From contig JBBRYJ010000003.1 of the NCBI GenBank assembly GCA_038237745.1, positions 67,426-131,425 on the forward strand: 64,000 nucleotides of DNA. Reading direction: 5' to 3'. The stretch comes from Propionibacteriales bacterium (GTDB taxonomy: Bacteria; Actinomycetota; Actinomycetes; Propionibacteriales; Nocardioidaceae). Positions 29,615 to 38,673 of the stretch are shown piece after piece. Below the pieces are notes generated by a model that saw nothing but the letters and a program-made list of their open reading frames with translations, was not told the DNA's origin and searched no databases. The position numbers and the translations under genes are program-made. The number at the start of each line of letters is the position of its first letter. The first letter of the stretch is position 1.

Positions 29615-30094
29615 GTGATCCGTGTCGCGACGGGTGATGACGCGGTGGCGCTCTTCGACATCGAGAAGCAGGCGTCCATCGCCGCGCTGTCGCACATCTT
29701 CGGACCTGACATCTCCTTCCCCGACGATGACGTGCTGGCCCGCTGGCAGCTGGTGCTGGAGGAGCCGGGTATCACGACCCTGGTCGATGTCGAGGACGAC
29801 GACCCGGTGGGCTACGCCGCCTTCGGGGACGGGTGGCTGCGCCACTTCGCGGTGGTCCCGTCCCTGTGGGGCACTGGCCAGGCGACGACGCTGCACCGTG
29901 CCGCTGTCGACGGCCTCGCGGCCCAGGGCACGACGACGGCGTACCTCTGGGTTCTCGTGGACAACGTACGCGGCAGGGCCTTCTACAAGCGGCAGGGCTG
30001 GGTCGACACCGGAGTCAGGGACGTCGAGGTGTTCCCGCCGTACCCGGCCAAGATGAAGCTGAGGAGGACACCACCCTCCCAGTCGACAGGCTGA
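29615..30094 (+). CDS. GNAT family N-acetyltransferase
   Basis: ORF 29306..30094 trimmed to GTG 29615. Contains HFAVVPSLWGTGQATTLH (acetyl-CoA motif) and RGRAFYKRQGW. Confidence 0.7.
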   Translation: MIRVATGDDAVALFDIEKQASIAALSHIFGPDISFPDDDVLARWQLVLEEPGITTLVDVEDDDPVGYAAFGDGWLRHFAVVPSLWGTGQATTLHRAAVDGLAAQGTTTAYLWVLVDNVRGRAFYKRQGWVDTGVRDVEVFPPYPAKMKLRRTPPSQSTG

Positions 30095-30189
30095 TCGCCT
30101 CGACAAGGTGCTCGGCGTTCTCGCGGCTTAGACATACACGGTGTGCGAGGATTGTTCGTTCACACGATGCCGGGAGGACCGAGCTCCAC

Positions 30190-32352
30190 GTGTCACACGT
30201 CAACACTTCCGAGACTGCGCGCGCTGGCCACGGCGGCGAAAGCGCCCATGTGGTCGAGCAGGAGATCAAGCACGAGCAGTCCGTCGTCGACAGGGTCTAC
30301 TCGAGGCTGGAGGCTGCCGCCGATGCCGCGCATGCGCTCGCCGCTGACGGTCACGCGAGAGCGAGGCTGGGCAACGAGGGTGGCCTGGTCGAGCGGGACG
30401 CCATCGTGTTCCAGGCGGCGAGGCGTCTGGCCATGATCGATGCGGCGCGTGACGGGCTCGTCTTCGGCCGGCTCGACATGAGGGACACCCAGCCCCGCTA
30501 CATCGGGCGGCTGGGTCTTCGAGACGAGCAGCGCGAGGTGATGCTGGTCGACTGGCGGGCTCCTGCTGCGGCGGTGTTCTACCAGGCCACCCCGAAGGAG
30601 CCGTCGGGTGTCATCCGGCGCCGTGTCCTGCAGTCGGTAGGCGAACGGGTGGTCGGGCTGCACGACGACCTGCTCGACGCCGAGGCTGCCGGCGACGTTG
30701 TCGTGGTCGGTGAGGGCGCTCTGATGGCGGCCCTCGCCCGGTCTAGGGACCGTTCGATGCATTCCGTCGTCGCCACGATCCAGAAGGAGCAGGACGAGGC
30801 GATCCGCGCCCCCCAGCGTGGAGTGACTAGCATCGTCGGTGGCCCGGGCACGGGAAAGACCGTCGTGGCGTTGCATCGCGCCGCCTACCTCCTCTACACG
30901 GACCGCCGGCGCTACGAGAGCGGTGGTGTGCTCGTCGTCGGGCCCAACCCGGTGTTCATGTCCTATATCGACCAGGTGCTTCCGACGCTCGGTGAGACCA
31001 GCGTGTCGTTGCGGGCGATCGGCGAGGTCGTCGACGGAGTGCACGCGACCCGCCACGACCGGCCCTCCGTCGCCGCCGTGAAGGGCTCTGCGAGGATGCG
31101 TGCCCTCCTGTCGCGGGCGGCGCGGGGACCCGTGCCAGGTGCCCCGACGTCGTTCCGCATCTTCTACCGCGACGACGTCCTGACCTTGTCGGCCGGACGG
31201 CTCCAGGCGATCAGGCGGTCGTTGCTCAGCTCCGGCCAGCGGCGCAACCGCCTCGTACGTGCCGCCCCCGACGAGCTTCTCGCTGCCTTGTGGGAGCAGG
31301 TCGGTGGGCAGCGGGCGCTCGAGCGCGGCAGCGACGAGTTCGCGCAGACCCTGCTCGGTCTGAGGGAATTCACCGACTTCGCGACGAAATGGTGGCCGGC
31401 GGTCGACGCGGTCGACGTGCTCGGCTGGCTGGCGGACCGCGAACGACTCGCCAGCGACGCCGGGTCCCTGTTGTCGCCAACCGAGGTCGACGACCTCGTC
31501 GAGTCGCTCGGGTCGGGAGACCTCACGGTCGAAGACGTGCCGTTGGTCGACGAGCTGCGCTACCTGCTCGGAGAAGTGCCTGCACCCGAGCTCGGCGAGG
31601 ATCCCCTTGCCGACCTGATTGATGACGAGGCGCCCGAGCTGTCGACGCGTGACCAGTGGTTCCCGGGCGACAGGTCGACGGAGCGACCGACCGGGTCGAT
31701 CGAGGACGACGGGTACGCGCACGTGCTGGTGGACGAGGCGCAGGACCTCTCACCTATGCAGTGGCGGATGTTGGGCCGTCGGGGACGCCATGCCAGCTGG
31801 ACGATCGTGGGTGACGCCGCCCAGAGCTCCTGGCAGCTCCCGCACGAGGCGGCGGCCGCACGAGCGGAGGCGATGGGCGCCAAGCCGGAGCACGTCTTCC
31901 GCCTGTCGACCAACTATCGCAACTCGGCCGAGATCTTCGCACTGGCCGCTGACCTGGCTCGTGCGGCGATCCCAGACGCCGATCTTCCGGTCGCCGTGCG
32001 CAGGACCGGCGTCGAGCCACGGATCCGCGAGGCGGAGCACACGGAGCTGGCGACGGCGGTCCGCGAGGCGACGAGCGACGTCATGAATGTCGTCGAGGGC
32101 ACGGTGGGTGTGGTGGTGCCGGATGGCTGGCGCGACCGCGTCGAGCGATGGCTGGGCAACCGCGACGTCGTACGCGTCCCGGTACTGGAGGCGCTCGACA
32201 CCAAGGGGCTGGAGTTCGACGCGGTTGTGGTGGTCGAGCCTGATCTCATCGCCGCCGCGTCCGAGGCCGGTTTGCGCACTCTGTACGTCGTGCTCACCCG
32301 GGCGACGCAACAGCTCGACGTGGTGGGCACCAGTCATCGATGGCGCCCCTGA
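30190..32352 (+). CDS. helD: UvrD-like ATPase, HelD-type RNA polymerase recycling factor
   Basis: ORF trimmed to GTG 30190. The N-terminal coiled region is followed by MLVDWRAPAAAVFYQAT, Walker A GGPGTGKT, Walker B VDEAQD, and a C-terminal LEFDAVVVVEP...LYVVLTRA. Confidence 0.8.
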   Translation: MSHVNTSETARAGHGGESAHVVEQEIKHEQSVVDRVYSRLEAAADAAHALAADGHARARLGNEGGLVERDAIVFQAARRLAMIDAARDGLVFGRLDMRDTQPRYIGRLGLRDEQREVMLVDWRAPAAAVFYQATPKEPSGVIRRRVLQSVGERVVGLHDDLLDAEAAGDVVVVGEGALMAALARSRDRSMHSVVATIQKEQDEAIRAPQRGVTSIVGGPGTGKTVVALHRAAYLLYTDRRRYESGGVLVVGPNPVFMSYIDQVLPTLGETSVSLRAIGEVVDGVHATRHDRPSVAAVKGSARMRALLSRAARGPVPGAPTSFRIFYRDDVLTLSAGRLQAIRRSLLSSGQRRNRLVRAAPDELLAALWEQVGGQRALERGSDEFAQTLLGLREFTDFATKWWPAVDAVDVLGWLADRERLASDAGSLLSPTEVDDLVESLGSGDLTVEDVPLVDELRYLLGEVPAPELGEDPLADLIDDEAPELSTRDQWFPGDRSTERPTGSIEDDGYAHVLVDEAQDLSPMQWRMLGRRGRHASWTIVGDAAQSSWQLPHEAAAARAEAMGAKPEHVFRLSTNYRNSAEIFALAADLARAAIPDADLPVAVRRTGVEPRIREAEHTELATAVREATSDVMNVVEGTVGVVVPDGWRDRVERWLGNRDVVRVPVLEALDTKGLEFDAVVVVEPDLIAAASEAGLRTLYVVLTRATQQLDVVGTSHRWRP

Positions 32353-32404
32353 CGCCAGCTTCCGCTCACCCACGTCCACCCTGTGCTCTCGATCGGCCCC
32401 CACC

Positions 32405-34285
32405 ATGACTCTGCTTGATGAAATCCTGACCTGTCCGGCGTACGCGCTGGTCCGCTTCGAGGGCTCGGAGACTGTCACCGTGCTCGGAGGTGACAGGGTC
32501 GACCACGAGTGGCTGGCCGACGTGCCGATGGACGCCGGGGAGCCTTCAAAGGGCGACAGGTTCGACCGTCTGGTCTGCATTCCCTTCGCGCAGATCCGCG
32601 AGCGCGGTTTCGAGGTTCAGGAGGACGGCACTGCGCTGAGCAGCATCGAGATCGCCGTGCAGGGCGAGAGCACGGCGGCAGAAATTCTCGCTCTCCTGCC
32701 GGACGAGCAGCTGGAGGCGGTGGGCTCACGAGGCTTCGACGTCGGCGACGAGGAGTACGCCGACCTGGTGGGTCGCATCATCGCCGACGAGATCGGGAAC
32801 GGCGAGGGCGCCAACCTCGTCGTGGCCCGCAGCTTCCATGCCACGATCGCGGACTGGGACGTGCGGAAGGCACTGACGGTGTTCCGGCGGCTGCTGGAGC
32901 GTGAGCACGGGGCGTACTGGACGTTCCTGGTCTACACCGGTGACCGCTACCTGATCGGCGCCAGCCCGGAGCGGCATGTCAGCGTCCAAGGTGGGCAGGT
33001 TCGGATGAACCCGATCAGCGGCACGTTCCGTATCGGCGCCGGCGAAAGCCGAGCCGACCGCAAGTCCCGGCTCCTCTCGTTCCTGGACGACGAGAAGGAG
33101 ATCTACGAGCTCTTCATGGTCGTGGACGAGGAGCTCAAGATGATGTGCGACATCTGTAGCGAGGGTGGCCAGATCCTCGGTCCGTACCTCAAGGCGATGT
33201 CGCATCTGATCCATACCGAGTATGTCTTGGCCGGGCGGACGTCGAAGGATGTCCGCGAGGTGCTTCGCTCCTCCATGTTCGCCGCCACCGTCACCGGGAG
33301 CCCCGTCGAGAACGCCTGCCGTCTGATCAAGAGGTACGAACCCGGTGGTCGCGGCTACTACGGTGCCGTGATGGCGCTGCTGGGGCGCGACGCTGTGGGA
33401 GTGCCGACGGCTGATGCTCCGATCCTGTTGCGCACAGCGGATGTGAGCGTCGGCGGCGACGTCCGCATCACCGTGGGTGCGACGCTCGTCAGGGACTCCG
33501 ACCCCCAGTCCGAGGTGGCGGAGACGCATGCGAAGGCGGGTGGCATCCTGACTGCGTTCGGGCTCGCGACGGCTCCCGCTGCCAGATCAGGTGAGATCGC
33601 GGACGTGGCGCAGGACGTGGACGTACTTGCCGCTCTAGGTCGCCGTAACCGACGATTGAGCCGTTTCTGGTTCAACGACCAGTCCGATGCCGTCGAGTCC
33701 GGACCGCTGGCGGGCAAGCACGTGGTGGTGCTCGACGGCGAGGACGACTTCGTGACCATGCTTCGCCACGTGCTCAGTGTGCTCGGGATGACGAGCGAGA
33801 CGGTGCGTCACCAAGACTACGCACCTGGCGCGTTCGATGCCGCTGACGTCGTAGTGGTGGGACCCGGTCCGGGTGACCCGCGTGACCTCGAGGACTCCAA
33901 GATCAGGGGGGTCCGGACGGCGGTCGGCGACCTGCTCGAGGCGCGCACGCCCTTCCTGGCCGTGTGCCTGGGGCACCAGGTGCTCTGCGGCGTGCTCGAC
34001 GTGCCGCTCGTCTTCAAGGACATCGTGTTCCAAGGCACCCAGACGCGGATCCATGTGCTGGGCAGGGAGGAGAACGTCGGGTTCTACAACACGTTCGTTG
34101 CTCGCGTCGGAGGTGACACCCCGCTACCAGCGGGTCTGGTTGTCGACCACGACGCTGACAGTGGGGACGTCAACCATCTTGCTGGCCCGCACTACCACGG
34201 TGTGCAGTTCCATGCTGAGTCCATCCTGACCGAGCACGGCTTCGACCTGATACGCGAGCTGATGCTGGACCTGTTGGCCACCTGA
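32405..34285 (+). CDS. Anthranilate synthase family protein, fused chorismate-utilising and glutamine amidotransferase domains (PhzE-like architecture)
   Basis: ORF trimmed to ATG 32405. The chorismate-binding core contains SPERHV...NPISGT...VTGSPVENA...GGRGYYGAV. The C-terminal GATase contains LAVCLGHQ and GVQFHAES. Confidence 0.8.
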   Translation: MTLLDEILTCPAYALVRFEGSETVTVLGGDRVDHEWLADVPMDAGEPSKGDRFDRLVCIPFAQIRERGFEVQEDGTALSSIEIAVQGESTAAEILALLPDEQLEAVGSRGFDVGDEEYADLVGRIIADEIGNGEGANLVVARSFHATIADWDVRKALTVFRRLLEREHGAYWTFLVYTGDRYLIGASPERHVSVQGGQVRMNPISGTFRIGAGESRADRKSRLLSFLDDEKEIYELFMVVDEELKMMCDICSEGGQILGPYLKAMSHLIHTEYVLAGRTSKDVREVLRSSMFAATVTGSPVENACRLIKRYEPGGRGYYGAVMALLGRDAVGVPTADAPILLRTADVSVGGDVRITVGATLVRDSDPQSEVAETHAKAGGILTAFGLATAPAARSGEIADVAQDVDVLAALGRRNRRLSRFWFNDQSDAVESGPLAGKHVVVLDGEDDFVTMLRHVLSVLGMTSETVRHQDYAPGAFDAADVVVVGPGPGDPRDLEDSKIRGVRTAVGDLLEARTPFLAVCLGHQVLCGVLDVPLVFKDIVFQGTQTRIHVLGREENVGFYNTFVARVGGDTPLPAGLVVDHDADSGDVNHLAGPHYHGVQFHAESILTEHGFDLIRELMLDLLAT

Positions 34286-34304
34286 GCAGGCCCTGCGGCC
34301 CGGC

Positions 34305-35597
34305 TCAGGTGGCGTCGGAGCCGAGTGTCACGTCGACGGTGTGCGAGGCACCCGTCGAGTGACCGTTCGGGGTGGACGACGTGACCGTGAGGGTGACGGT
34401 GTCGCCGGGCCGGTATGTCCGGACTGTCGCGACGAGGGAGTCGGAGTCGGTGATCAAGGTGTCGTCCACCTTCGTGATGACGTCGCCCTTCGCTAGGCCC
34501 GCATCGGAGGCGGCTGTGCCGGCTTCCACCTTCTCGACCAGCGCGCCGTCTGGGAGCCCGACCGAGTCACTGGCGTTACCGACCGACACGCCGATTCGCG
34601 CGTGGGTAGGCGTCTGGTGGTTTCGAAGCTGTTCGACGATCGGGATGGCGTCGTTGATCGGAATGGCGAAGCCCAGACCGATCGAGCCGCCTTGGCCGGT
34701 TGAGCTGGTGGTGTCGGTCCTGATGGCGGAGTCGATCCCCACGACGAACCCCTGGTCGTCGATCAGCGGCCCTCCTGAGTTGCCGGGGTTGATCGCGGCG
34801 TCGGTCTGAATGGCGGGGAACACCGTCGCCGGGTCGTTCAGCGCCTCGCCCTGTGTAGTGACGGGCCGGTTGAGCGCACTCACCACCCCGGTGGTCACCG
34901 TGCTCTCGAGCCCGAAGGGTGACCCCACGGCGATGACCTGCTCGCCGATGGCGAGGGAGTCGGAGTCACCGAGTGTCGCAGGCTGAAGGCCGCTCACGCC
35001 CTGCGCCTGAATGACGGCCAGATCGGTGAGCGGGTCCCGTCCGACAATCGTTGCACGAGCCGTCGTCCCGTCGTTGAAGCTGACCGCGAGATGGCCGCCG
35101 CCGGTCCCGAGCTCGGCCACGTGGTTGTTGGTGAGGATCTGGCCGTTCGCGGTGAGGATGATCCCGGACCCGGACCCGCTCTGTCCCGCACTGCTGGCGT
35201 AGATCTTGACGACCGACGGCAGGGCCTTGGCAGCGGCCGCCTCCGTGGTACCAGAGACCACCCCACTCGGTTGAGCGTTGGAGTGGCTGCCGCTGCTCGT
35301 ATCGGAGACACGCAGCGGGTCGACGCTCGAGGAGGCGCTCGTGCCGTCCTGGGTCTCGTGCAGAACCGCCGCACCGCCGACCCCTGCGGCACCACCCGCC
35401 AGTGCTCCCACCAGCAGTGCCGCCCCGATGACGCGTCCCACGCGTCGAGGCGGAGTCGGTGGGGTCGCCGGATACTGCTGAGGAGCAGACGGGTACTGCG
35501 GCGGAACCGGCGGGTACTGCGGGGGAACTGGCGGGTACTGCGGAGTTTCCGGCCGGCGCTCCGGTGGAGAGGGGGGTGGGTAAGAATCGTTGCTCAT
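34305..35597 (-). CDS. pepD: HtrA/PepD-type S1C serine protease with a PDZ domain and a proline-rich N-terminus
   Basis: Catalytic motifs TNNHV and GNSGGPL, plus a C-terminal PDZ domain. Lies directly downstream of an mprA/mprB-like pair. Confidence 0.85.
   Translation of the reverse strand: MSNDSYPPPSPPERRPETPQYPPVPPQYPPVPPQYPSAPQQYPATPPTPPRRVGRVIGAALLVGALAGGAAGVGGAAVLHETQDGTSASSSVDPLRVSDTSSGSHSNAQPSGVVSGTTEAAAAKALPSVVKIYASSAGQSGSGSGIILTANGQILTNNHVAELGTGGGHLAVSFNDGTTARATIVGRDPLTDLAVIQAQGVSGLQPATLGDSDSLAIGEQVIAVGSPFGLESTVTTGVVSALNRPVTTQGEALNDPATVFPAIQTDAAINPGNSGGPLIDDQGFVVGIDSAIRTDTTSSTGQGGSIGLGFAIPINDAIPIVEQLRNHQTPTHARIGVSVGNASDSVGLPDGALVEKVEAGTAASDAGLAKGDVITKVDDTLITDSDSLVATVRTYRPGDTVTLTVTSSTPNGHSTGASHTVDVTLGSDAT
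35470..35543 (-). repeat. In-frame 21-nt tandem repeat (about 3.5 copies) encoding PQYPPVP units
   Basis: Plus-strand units gggtactgcggcggaaccggc (35491..35511) and gggtactgcgggggaactggc (35512..35532), a partial copy at 35533..35543 and a degenerate copy at 35470..35490. The protein reads PQYPPVPPQYPPVPPQYPSAPQQYP. Confidence 0.85.
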
Positions 35598-35642
35598 GAG
35601 ACAACCTTGCGTCGGGTCACTGATAGTGCGCTGAGATGCTCC

Positions 35643-37013
35643 TCAGAGATGACTGTGAGAAGTCGCAAGGTTCCGGTCGCCGGGCAAGGTCATCGTGAAG
35701 ACAGCCCCGTGGGGTTCCTGGTTGTGTACCGTCACCGATCCTCCGTGCCGCTCGGCTGCCTGCCGGACGATCGACAGGCCAAGTCCGGAGCCCGGCATGG
35801 TGCGTGCGTCCGCGGCCCGGTAGAAGCGCTCGAAGATCATGGGCAGGTCATCATCGCCGATGCCCAACCCCTGGTCGGCAACCGTCAGCACTCCGGTCTC
35901 CAGCCGGACTGTCACCGTGCCGTTGCGCGGGCTCCACTTGGCGGCGTTGTCGAGAAGGTTGGTCACCGCCCGCTCGATGATCTGCGGCTCCCCCACGATC
36001 CACCAGGTCGACAGGTCGAGGTCGAAGGTGACGCCGATCGCCCGGCGGCGCACCCGGTCGACCGCACGCGACACGATGTCGGCGAGATCGAGTGGCTCCG
36101 GCGTCTGGACGAGCGGCTCGTCGCGCGCCAGCTCGACGAGGTCACCGACGAGGGTGGACAGCTCTTCCACCTGAGCCGTCGCGTCTGTGAAGATCTCGTC
36201 GCGCTGGGCGCTGCTCAGGCCCCCCCGCCGGTCCGCTTGGGCGAGCAGCTCGAGGTTCGTGCGCAGGCTCGTCAGAGGCGTGCGCAGCTCGTGTCCGGCA
36301 TCGGCGACCAGGCGGCGCTGCCGGTCTCGGGAGGCGGCCAGAGCGGCGAGCATGTCATTGAACGAGGTGGCGAGGCTGGCCAGCTCGTCGTCTCCCGTGA
36401 TCGCGATCGGTGTGAGCTCGTCGGTCCTGGCGATGTGTTCGGCGGCTGCGCTCAGGCGGCGCACGGGCAGCAGCGCCGACCGTGCGACGGCGAGTCCGAT
36501 GACAGCTGCCGAGACGATACCGCCGAACCCCACGAAGAGGAGGACGAGTTGCATGCGGTCCAGAGTCCGTTCGATGGGCTCCACAGACTGCACGAACATC
36601 AGCGCGGTATGCGGACCGGCCTGAACCGTGGCGGCGCGCACGTCGAAGCCGTCGGTGGGCATCGTCCGCAGGGACTGGTCAAGAGCGCCGTTGGCGACCG
36701 CGATCTCGTCCGCGGTCGGCGTGCCTATCCAGTTCGATGCCTTGTCGGGGAAGATGGTGCCGTCGGAGTTGACAAGGTAGATACGGAGGTCAGCGGCTCC
36801 CAGGACGTTGGCCGACAGGTTGTGCAATGTGGCCGACTCGACGATAGGAGTCTTCGCGGCAGCGCTGGCACGGTTGAGCAGCGAGTCGTCCAGCCGCTCG
36901 TGCAGCTGTGCCCGAAGCGTCACATAGGCCGCGACGCTTGCCATCGCGACAGAGAGTCCGACGGCGCAGGCTGCGAGGAGCGAGATCCTTGCAGCCATCG
37001 ACATTCGTTTCAC
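35643..37013 (-). CDS. mprB: Sensor histidine kinase, MprB-like
   Basis: H-box [14 protein letters not shown] and G-box [13 protein letters not shown] overlap with the upstream regulator. Confidence 0.8.
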   Translation of the reverse strand: MKRMSMAARISLLAACAVGLSVAMASVAAYVTLRAQLHERLDDSLLNRASAAAKTPIVESATLHNLSANVLGAADLRIYLVNSDGTIFPDKASNWIGTPTADEIAVANGALDQSLRTMPTDGFDVRAATVQAGPHTALMFVQSVEPIERTLDRMQLVLLFVGFGGIVSAAVIGLAVARSALLPVRRLSAAAEHIARTDELTPIAITGDDELASLATSFNDMLAALAASRDRQRRLVADAGHELRTPLTSLRTNLELLAQADRRGGLSSAQRDEIFTDATAQVEELSTLVGDLVELARDEPLVQTPEPLDLADIVSRAVDRVRRRAIGVTFDLDLSTWWIVGEPQIIERAVTNLLDNAAKWSPRNGTVTVRLETGVLTVADQGLGIGDDDLPMIFERFYRAADARTMPGSGLGLSIVRQAAERHGGSVTVHNQEPHGAVFTMTLPGDRNLATSHSHL

Positions 37014-37702
37014 GGAGGCGACTCGCGCAAAACATAGCCGACACCGCGAACGGTGTGGAGCAGGCGCCTCTCTCCTTCGGCCTCGGTCTTGCGTCGCACG
37101 TAGCCGACGTACACCTCAAGGGAGTTCGCGGTGGTCGGGAAGTCGTAGCCCCACACCTCTTCCAGGATGAACGCCCGCTCCAGGACACGCTTGGGGCGCC
37201 TCATGAACAGCTCGAGCAGATCCCACTCCGTGCGGGTCAGCGTGATCTGGCGGCCTGCGCGCTCGACCTCACGGGTGACCGGGTTCATCGTCAGGTCGGC
37301 GAACGCCAACGGCCCGTCGTCCTCGCCGTCCACGGTGCCGAGGGTGCGGCGTCTGAGCATGGCGCGGACCCGTGCAAGCAGCTCCTCCAGGGCGAAGGGC
37401 TTGGCCAGGTAGTCGTCGGCGCCAGCGTCCAGCCCGTCGACCCGGTCGCCGATGGAGTCGCGCGCGGTCAGCACGAGAATGGGCAGGTCGTTGCCTGCGG
37501 CCCGCAGAGCCCTGGTCGTCTCGATGCCGTCGAGCCGCGGCATCATCACATCGACGATCAGCGCGTCGGGGGCGAGCCCGTTGATACGTGCCAACGCCTC
37601 GACCCCGTCGTTGGCGAGCGCGACCTCGTAACCGTTGAACTCCAGGGAGCGTCGCAGGGAGTCACGCACGGCTCGGTCGTCGTCTACGACCAGTATGCGC
37701 AT
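37010..37702 (-). CDS. mprA: OmpR-family response regulator, MprA-like
   Basis: [16 protein letters not shown], a receiver plus winged helix. Operon order regulator-kinase-protease. Confidence 0.85.
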   Translation of the reverse strand: MRILVVDDDRAVRDSLRRSLEFNGYEVALANDGVEALARINGLAPDALIVDVMMPRLDGIETTRALRAAGNDLPILVLTARDSIGDRVDGLDAGADDYLAKPFALEELLARVRAMLRRRTLGTVDGEDDGPLAFADLTMNPVTREVERAGRQITLTRTEWDLLELFMRRPKRVLERAFILEEVWGYDFPTTANSLEVYVGYVRRKTEAEGERRLLHTVRGVGYVLRESPP

Positions 37703-37762
37703 CTGTGAAGCGTGCCACGCTGATCTGAGACGGGGCTGAGAGGTGCCCGGGCAGATCGCGTG

Positions 37763-38299
37763 TCAGGTGGGCGCTCCCGAGCCGAGCTCGCGCAGCCGGG
37801 CGAGCAGCACGTCGGTCGTACGGTCGACGATGGCGAGGACGGAGCTGAAGTCGTCGGCAGCGCCGTACCAGGGATCCGGAACGTCCAGATCACCCTTCGA
37901 AAGCGGGTCGAACTCGCGGAAGAGCCTGACCCGGCTCCGCGCCTGGTCGTCGTCCATCAGGGCGTGGATGTCACGCAGGTTGGCGCGGTCCATCGCCAAC
38001 ACGAGGTCGGCACGATCGAACCACTCACCGTTGAACTGCTGGGCGCGGTGCCGGCTGGGGTCGTACCCGGCTGCGGAGAGGGTGGCGGCTGCCCGCGCGT
38101 CCATGGGGTCCCCGGCGTGCCAGTCGCCAGTGCCTGAGCTGAGCACGTCGATGTGACTGTCGAGGTGTGCGGCGGCGAGTTTCGACGAGAGCACGACCTC
38201 CGCTGTGGGCGAGCGGCAGATGTTGCCGAGGCACACCATGGCGATGACGTACCCACCGGGTGTTCGCGCCTCGGGGAGCGCACTCGCGGGGGGTCTCAC
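37763..38299 (-). CDS. ptpA: Low-molecular-weight protein-tyrosine phosphatase
   Basis: Contains the CLGNICRSP (CX5R-S) P-loop and a DP acid loop (DVPDPWYG). GTGA overlap with the upstream gene. Confidence 0.85.
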   Translation of the reverse strand: MRPPASALPEARTPGGYVIAMVCLGNICRSPTAEVVLSSKLAAAHLDSHIDVLSSGTGDWHAGDPMDARAAATLSAAGYDPSRHRAQQFNGEWFDRADLVLAMDRANLRDIHALMDDDQARSRVRLFREFDPLSKGDLDVPDPWYGAADDFSSVLAIVDRTTDVLLARLRELGSGAPT

Positions 38300-38673
38300 T
38301 GGCGGTCGGGCAGCACGAGCCCGACGATCCAGCTCACGAGCGAGACGACGATCGACCCGAACACGGCGGTCCAGAATCCGCGTACCTCGAAGCCGAGGTC
38401 GAACTGCCTGGCGAGCCAGCCGGTGAGGAGGAGCATCGCTGCGTTGACGACGAAGAACATCAGCCCGAGGGTGAGCAGATAGAGCGGAAACGAGAGGAAG
38501 GCCACGATCGGACGGACGGTCTCGTTGACGAGGCCGAAGATCAACGCCACGACGGTCAGGGCGAGGAGCCGGGTGCCTGGTGTGTCACCTGTGACCTCGA
38601 TTCCGGCGAATGCCCACGCCGCCGCCGCCAGTCCGCAGGCGTTGGCCACGATGCGAACGAGCCACGTCGTCAT
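38296..38673 (-). CDS. Small four-helix membrane protein, Phage_holin_4_2/DUF360 (YvlD)-like
   Basis: 125 aa, strongly hydrophobic (LALTVVALIFGLVNETVRPIV...LGLMFFVVNAAMLLL). ATGA overlap with the upstream GntR gene. Confidence 0.65.
   Translation of the reverse strand: MTTWLVRIVANACGLAAAAWAFAGIEVTGDTPGTRLLALTVVALIFGLVNETVRPIVAFLSFPLYLLTLGLMFFVVNAAMLLLTGWLARQFDLGFEVRGFWTAVFGSIVVSLVSWIVGLVLPDRQ

Noticed and set aside
29833-30189. Long N-terminal extensions of several track ORFs (helD from 29833, E2 from 52766, E1 beta from 52197, ECF ATPase from 61018, anthranilate-synthase-like from 32087, bioD from 25131, and others)
   Set aside because: The extensions overlap well-supported upstream genes and are low-complexity Arg/Pro/Gly sequence. 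Internal ATG/GTG starts with RBS-like purine runs or 4-nt stop-start overlaps give family-typical lengths.
30095-30189. Rifamycin-associated element upstream of helD
   Set aside because: Only a 5-bp GTGTG/CACAC pair is present. There is no long palindrome of the kind associated with rifamycin-responsive genes.
30193-31722. 509-aa minus-strand ORF opposite helD
   Set aside because: Antisense shadow. The Walker motifs and HelD-specific segments are all in the + frame.
35091-37037. 648-aa + strand ORF spanning the pepD N-terminus and all of mprB
   Set aside because: It crosses a real intergenic gap and two well-supported minus-strand genes. No motifs.
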